A stretch of 64,000 nucleotides of DNA, taken from positions 11,068,485 through 11,132,484 of the forward strand of contig NC_134027.1 in assembly GCF_964204645.1 (NCBI RefSeq). Direction: 5' to 3'. The DNA comes from Tubulanus polymorphus. Lineage: Eukaryota > Animalia > Nemertea. Positions 11,928 through 25,029 of the stretch are shown piece after piece. The translations under genes were made by a program, and so were the position numbers. Numbering within the stretch: the first letter of the stretch is position 1; each line of letters opens with the position of its first letter. The notes below the pieces were generated by a model. That model saw nothing but the letters and a program-made list of their open reading frames with translations. It did not search any database and was not told the origin of the DNA.

Positions 11928-14090
11928 TCAATGAATTTAGAAAAACAAGAATGTACATAGAAATCTGTTGGAATATTCTAAGATCGCTATAGCTGCTTGC
12001 CCTTCGATCCTGTACCAGTATATCAGTGTATAAACTCATTATTGTGTAGAGCTGATGTTATTGGTATATGGCCGACTTTCGCTGCAAATTTTCCGAAGTC
12101 TATAGCTGTCTAATTGTCTTGTTACTCGATATACTATATGATATGGTCCGGTATTGTTGAAATATGAAGTCAAACTAGGAAATGTTTTTAGAAATGAATT
12201 TTCTGCGTGAAGGTCATAGCACTTCCTCCAACGCTATCATTATCAATGAGTGTTATCATTAAGATATTGTAATTTGTTTACTGGTAGTCACATTCGTTTG
12301 GCTGGTCGAGTTTGGATGTAAAGAAATCTGTTGAAATCAATGTTGCCGTGCCCAGGATCAGTCTTGGTGCTTGACCAACAGTTTTCTGAGCTGTTGATGA
12401 TGCCATTTTGAATGGACTGACGCACGAGGCTAGTTTCATTTAGAAAACTAAAGTTTCTAACTGAATGAATAGAAGACTGACTTGAACGAGTCGACTTGGT
12501 CACCCAAACAAACACAGTATTTATTTATTTATCACGAACTTTTGTTGTAAAATATTTCGATAATCATGAATAAATTCATCCATTTGTTTTTTTTTCCATT
12601 TGATTTTATTGTTAGTTAGGTACATCTGGAGATCCATATATCTGAGTACATTGGTAAATTGTAGATACATGTACATGTTTAAATAGAATATGACATCATT
12701 ACGCATATGTAAAGATTTATGTGGTATTAAAATGGATCAGCAGATTCTGTAAATTCATACTTTCAGGGAAACAAAAGAACAGGGATTTCAGGAATTAGAT
12801 GCTATGCAATCCTTTTATTCTTTACCCTAGTGCTTTGTTTGTTCATCTTAAAACAGACTTGGCCAGCATTATATTCTCAAAAGATTTTTGATTGCTATTT
12901 CATGGTATTCTTTGATAGCTTTATTGATGATTTGATTTGTGTGTGTATATTGTTTGAGAATTTGTTGCGGGAAAGTTTAGATCTTTGAAGAATTTGGCAT
13001 TGGTAGTATGACTTGTTGCAAAGCGACGTATCAAATTTGATGATACGGTGTCACAGTTTGGACCAGTATCTCTGACAAACACCGCTTATCCCTATATCAA
13101 TTATCCCTGTGATTTTGTGACGTACCTTGTGCTGAATATGTATATAATTAAATGACTCAGTTTGACTGTTTGCTCTATGGGAAAGAATAAACATACATAT
13201 GAATTGTTACTACATATATTATGTAATTCTATACTAATAAATTAGAAAGATAATTTGTGCCATATGAAAACCTTCTCTCTCTCAGGTTTGTTTCTATCCT
13301 ATCTCTCTCATGTCACCTTAGTTCGTGGATGATCTAAATTTAGTTATATGGGAAGCGGACATGCGATTGACTTAATCAAAATTTGACGGCTTGTGCAGTA
13401 TCTGGTATAGTGATGTTGGGCTGAAACAAATAGTTAATGTTTGACTGATTTTGGAGATTTAACTTCTTGGACCATACAAGTAGATATCAACAACTAAACT
13501 TTAGGATGATCATTGAATGTAATTTAGTTGAATATATCACATAGGGTGTAACAATGTTCAATCTGTCCCAACAACAATCACCAAAGCTGATGTGACTTTT
13601 AAGAAACTTTCAGCGGACAATCATGACTTGAAAGATTTGATGGATCATATGCAGCACGTTTTGACGAAACAAAAATAATGACTGCTTTAACAGCTGAAAG
13701 ATTTTCAGAAACTGAATATCTCACCATGCCAGCAATGACCACCGAAGTTAGTGTAGTGGATGATGTAACGAGCTTTTCTCGAGCAGAAAGGGGACCACAG
13801 ATCATGCAGTTCATATTATAATTTGGGTGGAACAAAGTTGCTAGTTTCACTGCTATCAGGACCAATGACAACAACACTGATGTATAGAAATAGTCTACAT
13901 TTATTTTCTTAGTTAAAAAATCACACTGGAAATAATGGAAAATTTAATGAGAATAATTTAACACATCATATGAATATTCATACATACCATACAAAAAATA
14001 TGGACGGATTTATGATATAGTCTTTTAATTATCATACATGATATCGATGTATTAATGGTTACTATTCACATTGCATTACTGCTTGGTAAT

Positions 14091-17000
14091 TCATGGAGTA
14101 AGTTTTTTGCCGATACGTTTAATGTTTCCGTTTCGTAATCGTTCGCAGATTTGTTCAATATCGCCGCCTTCCGCTTGGTCGATTTCGTCTTTCTTGCATT
14201 TAAACGCCCACGATAGATACGCATCTAGCTGCTGTGAATCGATCTCGGGATCAACCGAAGTGATCGCTCTCTTCACATCATTCGGTTCGACTCGATCTCC
14301 TTGACTGGAAAAATAGAATTATATTTCAAATCTCCTGGGTGAAAATAGCAAAATAATACTTCAGTGAGACTACTGGTACATGTTTAAAATGAAACTCATC
14401 ATCAAAGGCAGAGACACTGTCTTTGATTTGATAAAACTACAATTTAATAATCATAATTATGATTTCTATGGTAGATGACAGGGTAACTTTGTAAAGTTTG
14501 CAATGAAAAAGTAATCCTTTTTCAGGCAATGGATGGTCCTCACAACCATCTACCAGCATACACCCCTGTACTTTAGCAAATCTACTGGACAACGCTGAAG
14601 TTTAGGATGTATACTCTTAAAAGCTTTTTAAGTATGCATCATGGCTGAGGCAAATGGCCAATAAATCTTGCAATGGAATCCATCGAACACCGTTCTTCTG
14701 TTGCTGTAGAAGGAACCCCCATGATGGGAAGACCTTAAGCTGCTCATGGCTAAGTGACATTAAGTCTCAATTACTGAATTAGGTGTGTGAAGGGCAGTGG
14801 TTGATCCATTGTGTTGAGAAATGTTCTGAGACTGACTATTACACTCACCTAACATTAGCTAATTCTATTTTTATTTCATCTATATAATTCATACGATCTT
14901 GTCTCAGTTGTTTTTTGATCTCATCTAAAAATAATCCTGTTCGTCCTTCGTCATCCTAGAAAATAGATCAATCTATCATGCAATCACCTGCCAACTGCTT
15001 ACTTATCCTCACTTGCTAGGGTTTGAATGCCTCCGGCTGATGCTCATGCCAACACAAACCCTGGCCGCAGACCCTTCATTAGTCTATTATACTGCCCAAG
15101 ATTTCTTGGGTGGACAGTTGGCCACTGAGCAGCCACCAGTCTATGTATTTAGCCAATCAGATGCATTGTTTTTCAATCACCAGTAGATATGCTCTATCAA
15201 TACCACACTGATTGGTGCCAGTTCCAGCAGGAGACAATCAAACCCCGGTGAGCGAGGATGCTACAAGTGCCGTAAACTTGAATCAATTTACAAAGATTCA
15301 GTTTCCTAAAAACACCTTCAGAAATTAAAAGTGGTAATCATGCTATTTAAAAGGAATTATGTGAAAAAAGAAAACTGACCACCATAAATAGATTCAGATA
15401 CTCGATATTTTCCATTTCTTTTGCATCTAATTCCTGTTCGGCTGCTTGAATGAAAGCTGTTACAGTTTCCTCATTGGTATCCGGGAAAAACTGCTGCAAA
15501 GCAGTTTTGAAATTATCCTTCGTTAGGAAATTCTGTCCGCCATTTTCGTTGTCAGTTTTTTTCAGATGGTCGGCGAGTTGAGACATCATGTTAACTTGAC
15601 TGTGATACACCTCTTCATCAACCTGAACAACAAAATATCAAGATATCAGAAATTTACAGGGGCGGTTCGAAGGGCAAGAAGATCTAAGGGTCTTGCCGAA
15701 ATGATATTAAGAGCAATCAATAATAAAAGGGAATTCTGATAGTGGTTCCCTTTGTCAAGAAAAATAGCCTGTTTTCAGAATTTTTCATAAAGATTGTGCC
15801 TTTGTTTTTTACATTAAGTGCGCTTTCCATATTTTTTCACATGGTGTCCTTTTCAACATAAAATGAAGAAATGGGACGCTCAAAATTATGAAGGTTAGGC
15901 AGAATGCTGATAAGAACCCATTGATCAATTTGCCCTGAGTTTAATGTAGATGTCTCTCTACTTACATCTCCAGTAAGAATTCCGTAAAATGTTCCCAATC
16001 TTTCGTCATGTGCGTATCGTTCACATGCGTCGTGCAGATTATAACCCCATTCTATCACCATCTGCTCCAATCCGAATATACGTTTCAGGTACTGCGCCAC
16101 GAAATCAGGCATGCTTCTTCTTGTTCCATCTGTACACTGAATTACAATGAAAAAACCTGGGAATAACAACTGACCAGTAATTTATCATCCCATAAAAATC
16201 TTTCCAATTGCTATTTTTATAGACTTTTTCTTTTAGATATTTTGGGCGAAGAATAGTTAGTAACTTAATCATTGGTGTTAAGGATTATTGGATAGGGACT
16301 TTTTACTAGTCCTGTGGTTTGGGAAAAAAACAATCACTCTTTTTAAGCAGGCGATGTGAAGATTTTCAAAATATTGGGTATAAACTTCGAAGTGCCAGCG
16401 ACAATAAGAATACCGCACTGATACACCATAGATAATCATTAATTAAATAATTCCATCAGAACTTGAAAGGGGATAGAAAAGAAATGAAAATTGAAAAATT
16501 CTTTATTTCAACCAGAGTTAAAAAAGTAGCCTAATAACGAATAGTCCATTATACTCACCTGATTATCGGATTCAAGTTTCTCTTTCCAAATGTCTTGTAC
16601 CAATAGTGCACAATCTCGTTTCGCTATTTTACGGTTTCTGACTTCACCCTCAAATCGTAAATGTTCTGGAACACCTTCCTCCGTACCCTGTTAACAGTTA
16701 ACCAACAGTGTACAGTTATGGTCTGCTAACAGCACTAACCATCAGGTTAATCAAAATACACAACATTTCAAACCCTCACTAGAGATCATCATCAGGTGTG
16801 GGACTGGATCTCTAATGATAGTTCGAAACGTCATATATTTTGATTTTAATTCTTGATAAATAGAATTTTCGATTTCAATCTTTTAAATTCTGTATATAGT
16901 GGGTTTTAAACAACAAGAAAAATATCAATAAGGGACTGCTCATACATAAAGCCATAAACAGGTTTGTTTAACTTACTGCTATGCATGATGGGTTAGATTT

Positions 17001-20000
17001 CTATTTTTTCTGTATACATGTTTGGTCCCTAAATTTTGTACTTACTCTTCCTTCGAAATTTTCTGTTGCATCTGCAGCGCCCATACTGCCGCCGGCAATC
17101 TCATTCAGCAATACATCAACCAGTTGATTACTAGTTTTATTTTCAGACAAATCTTTCCATTTCGTCACATGATCGGCACATTTCTCCCAATCTGGTCTGA
17201 AAAATAAAGATATCCGAATATATAAATAGGAGTGGGAATGTTAAAATATTCCACAGGCACCATGGTTATATCGGTGGTACCGTAGCATACAGTTAAACTT
17301 TGTTAAAGCCAAAGTCAAAAATCCTGGTTCAATGAACATGATACTTCATGAGGCTATGAAAGTTGATTGGTGGTTCACAGGGATCGCAATTTAATGGAAC
17401 TCATTTTACATCTTACTCAATATAAAACTTTTTAACAAAATTTGTGCTGATGATCGCTGAAATGATGATATTTGGTCACAAATTTGAGAATTTTCAGTCT
17501 CTATGTAGCTGTGGGATTGGAAGGACCACTTTTATCAGTTTTAGGTGAATTGAAATGCTCAGTGGGTGAGGTTTTTTCATTTATAATCACCTCGGAGTTG
17601 CGCTGCGTCTCAACGTTTCACATTCTGCATAAAATTCATCTCTCTGTTGAGTTACTTGTTTATGGACATCCAATAAACTCCTGAAAATATATACGTAAAC
17701 AGTAATAAAGTAGTAGAAGATGAAAATCACTTCGCAATAGAATGAGTGAAATTCACAAATGTTGAAAAAGTCTGTATGATATCTCTATAATGATCTAGTT
17801 TACTGGAACATGGAAAAAGTCTTTATATTATCAACAGATCCAAAGCTTCACAGCATCACGGCTAAATTTATTTCTGAAGGTTTTAATAATCTATGATTTA
17901 GCCTAAATATACCAATGTTGTCGTTGATTGTCGCTATTTAGCCTAATCAACATTGATTGGATTGCTATATATCTTATACTGACGCTGGGTCCTTATGTCA
18001 TTATCATCATCATCACTTGTATTAAGCTGTGTAATTAGTCGTTTGTTGCAATTGTATGGTTATTTCATTTTTATACATTGAAAGTCCTAATGCCACTGCT
18101 ATGAACCAATGGAAAAATGGCGTTATAGAGAAATTGGCGTTTTAAAGAATGGTATTAAAAAGGATGGCGTGATAATGGACTTTGACTAACGTGTTCTATT
18201 TGGATGCTCTGTTCACCTCAATCCGTAAGGATATAACCGTATAATAACGAGTTTTACTGATTGATATTGAAAATCTTGAATTGAATTATGTAAATGTTGT
18301 GAACCTTATGCCATCAGAAATGTTTCATGAAAAAAAGAAGAATGTTACAAACATAATGGCTATATCTATAAGGGAAAGGATAGGACAGGCTACATTAAAC
18401 ATTCATAACACAGGAAGTTATTGAATATCATTAGAGAGAGTGGCGTGAATATAGCAACTGCCTTTTTTAAAACAATAGAACCATGGATTATTCATATCAT
18501 GAAAACAATAGGATCTTCTATCGAATGCAAAAACATATGTTGTAATGATGTTTCACTAACATGTGTTTTCTTGATTAGAAACTTGAATCAAAGACAAACT
18601 GGGATACCAAACTTTGATACTGTGCACTAACAACAGAATGTACTCTCTCAGGTATTCTCTAGAATTGTATAAATTTAGCCTCGATTTGCAGTGGCAAAGT
18701 CCTATGGAAATACGCCTTTTCAAGTTTTCAATAACATGTTTCTAGGGCCCAGTTCCACAGATCTGAGTTGACTTAACTCTTGAGTCAACTAATTGAAAAT
18801 TGCCAGTGATTAATTCAAACTCTTTGAGTTGAATTTGGCCACATCCAGTTCCATGAAAACGTTTCATTTTAAAACGGCTTAGTTCAAATTATTGTCCTAA
18901 TCGCAAACACCAAATAACAAAATTGCAATTAAGCCCAAAAATTCAATAATCCGTTTTCAAATACTCACGCGTGTTCTTGTTCTAATATGCCGAAATCTTT
19001 ACGCAATGTTTCGAGCGTTTCTTCTAATGCGATATGTTTTTTCTCTAAACTTTCGAAATCTCTTCGCGGTATGACATCGCCATAATTAGCAACCATTTCG
19101 TTCAATCGCCGGCTAGCGCTGGCTTCGTCTTCTCTAGCTTTTCTATAGAGAAAATAAAAACGAATCATTCCGCAATAAATTCAACTATTGCCGAAAAAGT
19201 GCTGAAACATAATGGCTGCAAGTTGGCGTTCTTGATTCTGGTCGGGTCAGTGTTTGGGCTGCAGATGTGTCAAAGGTATAGATACATGCATAATCCAAAT
19301 ATAAAGACAATCCATTGAAGCGTCTTCAAAACTTCCCAAAATAACTGGGTTCCATCAATAGACGGAAAACAACAAAAAGGGAACACAGCAGTTTTCCAAG
19401 GGCTTTAAAGGCATATTCTTCCAAGAAATAAAAGGATGCGAATTGTACCAGTCTGAAAATTTCATTCTCTCTTTTAGAAAGTCTTATTCGAAAACAGCTC
19501 TGCTGTTGTGAAATGAAAGTGGTGTTTTCTGTGACAATTCATCTGTTTAACAGCTAGATAAGGACTATACCTAGTTCTGGTTTTTCTAACTGCTCAATAA
19601 TGATTCAATCTCAAAAACCCAAATGTTCAATCTCCTGTCAACTTAAGTCCCACCAATTAATCCTTAAAAAAACCTTTTTGGAATATGGTTAACCCCCAGA
19701 AATTTTCTGGATCCATCCTTGGGATATTTTGCCTGACTTACTTCAAGGCTATTCTCATTGTAACTGGGTCGATCTCCTCTTCTTCCAGTTCTTTCATTCC
19801 TTGTTTTGCCATTGCGATATCTTCCTGTTGATATCGTAAATCATTGATATCCGATACCAGTAACTTTCGGGCGTCGCATTCGTCGCGGTACTTCAGATAT
19901 TCGGCTGCCAGTTCTTCTTGTAATTTAGCCACTTGCGATTGGAGATCTTTCTGCTCATTCTTCATGTCAGAAATTCGCTTGAATAAAGTTGAATTCTCTT

Positions 20001-23000
20001 TTTTCAAGTCAACCATGTCTGAATCAAAGCAAATAAAGTATTAGATTTGAGCAATCAAAACAAATGATGTATTGACAATTCAAAATTGAAGAAACTTTCT
20101 GAAAAAGCCTCCGCTCATTGGGCAGAGCTCTACAAAGCCCCTCTATCTAAGGCTTAAAACATCTCTGATCCTATCGGGCATGTCAGCTAAATGGGCTTGA
20201 CTTACAGCATACACTAGAAGTGTTCGTTTGACTGACTGACGCTTCCAATTCATATACTAACCAAAAATGAATCCTATCAAAATTAAGGATTAGTTTTATG
20301 GTAGAACCAAGTACTCATATGCTTTAAACTATTATTGGCCGTGGATGGCACCATATTGACCAAGCCAGACCTGGTTCATAACTGAACTGAGTGATTTTCA
20401 AATCAACTGGTAGAACTAGTCTCGGCCACCCAAACGAACATGGTGGAATTCCGAATCTAAGATAGTTATTTGGATTACAGATTATCTACATAAAGCAGAC
20501 CAACTGTATTTCAATATCATTATGATAAACCTTGTTTTTCTTGATCTCTCAGCGCCATAATTTTCTGATCACATTGCTCCGATACGGTGACCAACATTTG
20601 CTGGAATCATAAAGAATCACATATTGAGAAACGACGGGCTTTATAAATTAAGAAACCTTATCAAAATAACACAACATGGAATTTACCCGAAGTGGTTCCA
20701 TCTGTCGTAACTGCTCTCTTTGATGAGCTACGAACATTTCATATTCATTTTTAATCGCCGATAGAATTGGTTTGTACGTCTTAAAGTCTTCAATCAGGTA
20801 TTCAAATACTTCTCGGTGGGCCTGAAAAATTTAAAACCCTTTGAGTGCAGGTTGCTAAAGCTGAGTACCGTAAATCTTAGAAGAAAGAATGCCAGAAGAT
20901 CATTTTCTTGTAGGGCTATCTAATCCATCCAAACATTAACACCAAACAATGATGTTGCTCCCGCAAAAGAATAATTCCGGGAAAGGTGATTCGGAATAGT
21001 TAATTCCGACATTAGTTTCCAGACAAGTGACTGTCCAAATTCTATTGGCCATTTTCAAAAACAGTTTTGAAAATGGCCAATAGAATTTGGTCGAAATGTC
21101 AAATTCTCACTTAGGTTTTTCACTGTGGGTTTTTACTTCATTTCGACATTGTCTCAGTTTAGATAATCAATTCCAGAATCATTTGTGACTTTAAACATGC
21201 TCAAACATTTTGCAGGTTTTGAACTAAATGCGATTGATAAGTGATTGAACTTACCTGTAATCTAAGTTCACTGGGGCTCACATCAACAACACCTAGTGAA
21301 CGGATTTCCTTTTTCAGAAATGATTCCAACTGTTCAAGGAATCGCGGTTTCGGAATTATTTGCGGTTTTCCCAAATCTTCGTCATCGATAACAACCAGAT
21401 CTTTGTTCTTAGTCAAACCAACGGATGTGCCTGATCCGATCTGGCCGGTTGCATGTGCCGGCCAAGTTTCTAAACTGCCTGCATTTGTGTCGACATAAGG
21501 CTGAAAAGATTGAAATGAAAAGCATAAGACTGTGGACACACCATGTTAATCGCTAACTCTTATCAAATTACTCAGTGTCCTCCATATGCCGGAACTTTAA
21601 AGGGCCTATTTTAATTGTTAAGTGTATGACATCGCAGCTGCTGAAGTAGCAAGGCTTTCAATGTCACAGGCAGCTTATGGAATAAATGCAACAAATGAAA
21701 ATTATAACTAATGATCAACCCATGATAATTATCAATCACACCAGATACATTTTCTTTAGAATCCGAAATTGACTAAAGATATAAGATTTGGTGCAACTAT
21801 CGCAAGTTTTAGCGCTGAACCTCATACATCAACTGTAGAATTTTGATGAGGATAGAATTTCTCCAAGGAGTCCTTAACCCTTTCAGCAATTAATACGCAA
21901 TAGTGCTGGAGATAATTTGAAAATTTTGAAAAATTCCACCCTATTGTGTTGAATAACCGAAATACCACTATAGCGGGTCTACACCGCGACGCGGTGTATC
22001 GTTAGTTACTAATATTTCACTATGTTTGACAGGTGCTGCCATCTTTCAATAGATATAAAAACTAATTACTAATTACATCCATACACCGCAGTGCGGTGTA
22101 CTAGCAAAATACATCACCGATTCATACACCACACTGCTGTGTAGACGCACTGAAAGGGTTAAACCTCCGAGTATCCCCAGATATCCAATTACAGAATATC
22201 TTGTTATATATATATGTTCTTTGATTCATCGCCAATTTGGAATATATTTTCTACGTAGACCTGGAATAGGCCAACTGATAAGCAGTGATATCTCTGCACT
22301 TGATGATATCATTACACAGTTTAGCTTCACAATAACGGGATAGGCCTACAAGTGTTTTCCTAGCAGCGCCTACCACTAGCAACTGGACTGTGGTTACGTC
22401 AAGCCTATCCGATTATTAAAGCTTACACCCAACAATCAGGTCACCATGGTATTTGGTAAGCAAAATATTCATTTGGGGACCTGGACAAAACTCAATTGCT
22501 ACATTCTTAACACTACATTTACCTTTAATGAATTTGGCTCAGGTAGATTATATTTTGAGCCATTCATCTGATAGTTAGGTCCATTTAATCCATCATATTT
22601 TGGCTTTTTGTTTATCCCCTTTTTGGTATTCCTAGAAAGAAATACGATAACATAGTACGTAGCCCCGAAAAGCTAGCCAAAGTCTCATCAAAGATGATTG
22701 TTAGGATACAGGCGGTGAGATCCGACTGCAAATGCGAGAAAATCATGACCAACTCCCACAGGGGTTTGACGATGGGCTTGGATTTTATTTCCGGGTTGTT
22801 GATAATCTCGCGAGAATGGCGCTAAATATGAACTGCGAATAAATTCAAAATATCACGGAAATACCTTGTGTTTATATTGTTTATTTATCCGCTATAAAGT
22901 TTCGATAAACAATTGGTCGTTAAGAATCATTATCAGACGGTCGTCACGCTACTATATAAAATAACAAGGGATGAAACGCCAGGCCTCCGCTGTACTTAAA

Positions 23001-24651
23001 TTTTCAGCCAGAAAGTTGGGACAGTCACGTGACATTCTGATAACGTCATCGCATTTAAAACTTCAACACGAAAAGTTAACATATTCACAGACCGATATCA
23101 ATTGTCAGATTATGATTCATATGAAATAAATAACTTATAACAGGGGCGGATCCAGGGGGATGGGTAGACAGTATTGGAAGGAAATTTAAGGGCACCTTTC
23201 TGATCTTAGGGCACACCCAGTATCCAGGTCAATGCGAGCGCCGAAGGCGCGAAGTCCTTAGAGGGGCGTCTGGGGGCGCACCCCCAGAAAATTTTGAAAA
23301 TATGGTACCATTTAAAGGCTTTTAGAGGGCTTCTAGAGGCTAGCAGAGCAATCCAGAATAAACGAATTCGAGACAAGATTTCAACAGATGCGGATAAAAA
23401 ATGAAGCTGGCGAACCCATGAAAGAATGATTGTCACCAACTTCACCTAGTGCCCCTATAATCTTTAAAAGTGCCCCTTAACAATTAAACAGAATACGGCT
23501 AAGTGCCCCTTCATTGTTAACAATCGGCAAAAATTGCCTCGTCTTCACATTTATCCTTATGTCGTGTGCCATCTTCCAAACCAAAAGTGCCCCTAAAATT
23601 TTAAAAATTAGGCAAAAAAGTGCCCTTTTCTTCAACATTTTCCGCATATAGTGCCCTCTTCTAAAGTAACAGTGCCCCTTTAGCCCTCCCTGTAAGGCAA
23701 GGACAAGGTGCCCTCATCTAAAGCATGAGTGCCCCTTGCAAAAGGAAAGTGCCCTTTTTAATTTATCATGATTAAAGGCTTTACAAATATGATTATCTCT
23801 CCTCACTTTCTCGGCAGCAGTATATACCGATTAATTTTATAATTATGCCCGGATTACGGACACGGAGTTAGCGGTTGCTGAAATAATGCCGTCAAAAATA
23901 TTGCCGGTGAAATTTCGAAGGGCACTTAAAAATTCTAGACCGTATTGGGCAATACGGCTAATACGGTCTGGATCTGCCCCTGTATAAAGAATAGATTATG
24001 ATGAAATATATAATTCATAGTAAAAAAATGCATTTGAATGTAAGTTATTCTCAAATATTTTTCGTATCAAAGTTTCCATCTTATATGCTTCAGGTTCGCG
24101 TTCAGTCAAATAAGAAGCGTTAAGTCACGTGACTGTCCCAACTTTCTGGCTGGCACAACTCTGAAGGCGTTTCATCCCTTGTTATTTTATATAGCCGTCT
24201 GACGACCGTCTGATAATGATTCTTAACGACCAATTGTTTATCGAAACTTTATAGCGGATAAATAAACAATATAAACACAAGGTATTTCCGTGATATTTTG
24301 AATTCATTCGCAGTTCATATTTAGCGCCATTCTCGCGAGATTATCAACAACCCGGAAATAAAATCCAAGCCCATCGTCAAACCCCTGCAGACTGTGTATC
24401 CCCTTATACGGCCTTAGGGTACTGGAGATGGTCGTGGGACTCAGAGATAATACATCAATTGTGAAAAGTCCCCGTGGACGTGGTTTCATCAATCAATAAA
24501 CATATCAAAACTAAATTTTGATTGAAATTTGAATTGAATTGAAATTGTAAAAAAGTTAGATTTTTTTTAATTGCAGGTGTTACAGCACTGTTTACCTTGG
24601 TATCGGGCCAATTGGTGGTAGCCTGGCAATAGCTATTCGCTCTGATGCCAT
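14091..24651 (-). CDS. TSNAXIP1: Translin-associated factor X-interacting protein 1, ~723 aa. Exons (5'->3') 24596-24651, 22523-22631, 21255-21500, 20687-20821, 20531-20600, 19742-20018, 18969-19142, 17591-17680, 17046-17196, 16559-16687, 15966-16136, 15380-15622, 14849-14955, 14091-14304
   Basis: Fourteen GT-AG exons join in frame (2172 nt). N-terminus MASERIAIARLPPI; PKPRFLEQLESFLKKE; RLQAHREVFEYLIEDFKTYKPILSAIKNEYE (TSNAXIP1_N-like); coiled coil; YGDVIPRRDFE; TPRPDWEKC; EWGYNLHDAC. Confidence 0.9.
21878..22158 (+). mobile_element. piggyBac-like MITE, copy 2
   Basis: TTAA TSDs; CCCTTTCAG...CTGAAAGGG; colinear with 9522-9796. Confidence 0.9.
22759..24387. mobile_element. Foldback-type non-autonomous DNA transposon with ~270-bp TIRs in TSNAXIP1 intron 1
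   Basis: 22759-23033 is the near-perfect reverse complement of 24124-24387 (CAGGGGTTTGACGATGGGCTTGG...GTCACGTGAC); only a possible 2-bp TSD (CA). Confidence 0.85.
23141..23982. mobile_element. hAT-like MITE (5-bp TSD) nested inside the foldback element
   Basis: TIR CAGGGGCGGATCCAG / CTGGATCTGCCCCTG; TSD TATAA; about ten internal (A)GTGCCC motifs. Confidence 0.8.
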
Positions 24652-25029
24652 TTCTAAAATGTTCAGCGCATATTCTGATGAGAAATAAAGGAAATTTCGA
24701 TAATATCACAGAACCAGGAAGTAAAATTTGTGTAAAAATGGCGACTGGTTGCTATTGACAACATAACTCGAAATGATAAATTGATAATCATTTATATCCC
24801 TTTGCAAAGCCGTTCATGTCTATTTATCATAAATTGACCAAAAAATTGTTACATTATGAGTTTAGTTGATTTGGTTTGAAAGAAGAATATTATTTATTTT
24901 ACGACAATACCGCCAACAGCTGACGACAACAACCCATTTGTGACACGACCGCTGATTGGTCGGTGTTGTGAAATAGGTCATTATCGGGCCAATTGACAGC
25001 AGCGTAACTGCAAGCGTTTTGGATAGTGG
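24652..25029. promoter_or_regulatory. Bidirectional promoter TSNAXIP1 <- -> RANBP9/10
   Basis: Start codons ~380 bp apart; ETS CAGGAAGT (24715-24722), YY1-like AAAATGGCG (24735-24743), RFX X-box-like GTTGCTATTGACAAC (24748-24762), CCAAT/ATTGG boxes at ~24955 and ~24989. Confidence 0.7.

Noticed and set aside
13599-13877. 92-aa minus-strand ORF and an overlapping ~64-codon plus-strand open frame between GPT and TSNAXIP1
   Set aside because: No recognisable motif and no splice sites linking either frame to a neighbouring gene
11928-14090. Overlapping antisense 3' UTRs of GPT and TSNAXIP1
   Set aside because: Candidate poly(A) signals (~13186 and ~13235 on +, ~13900 on -) do not require any overlap
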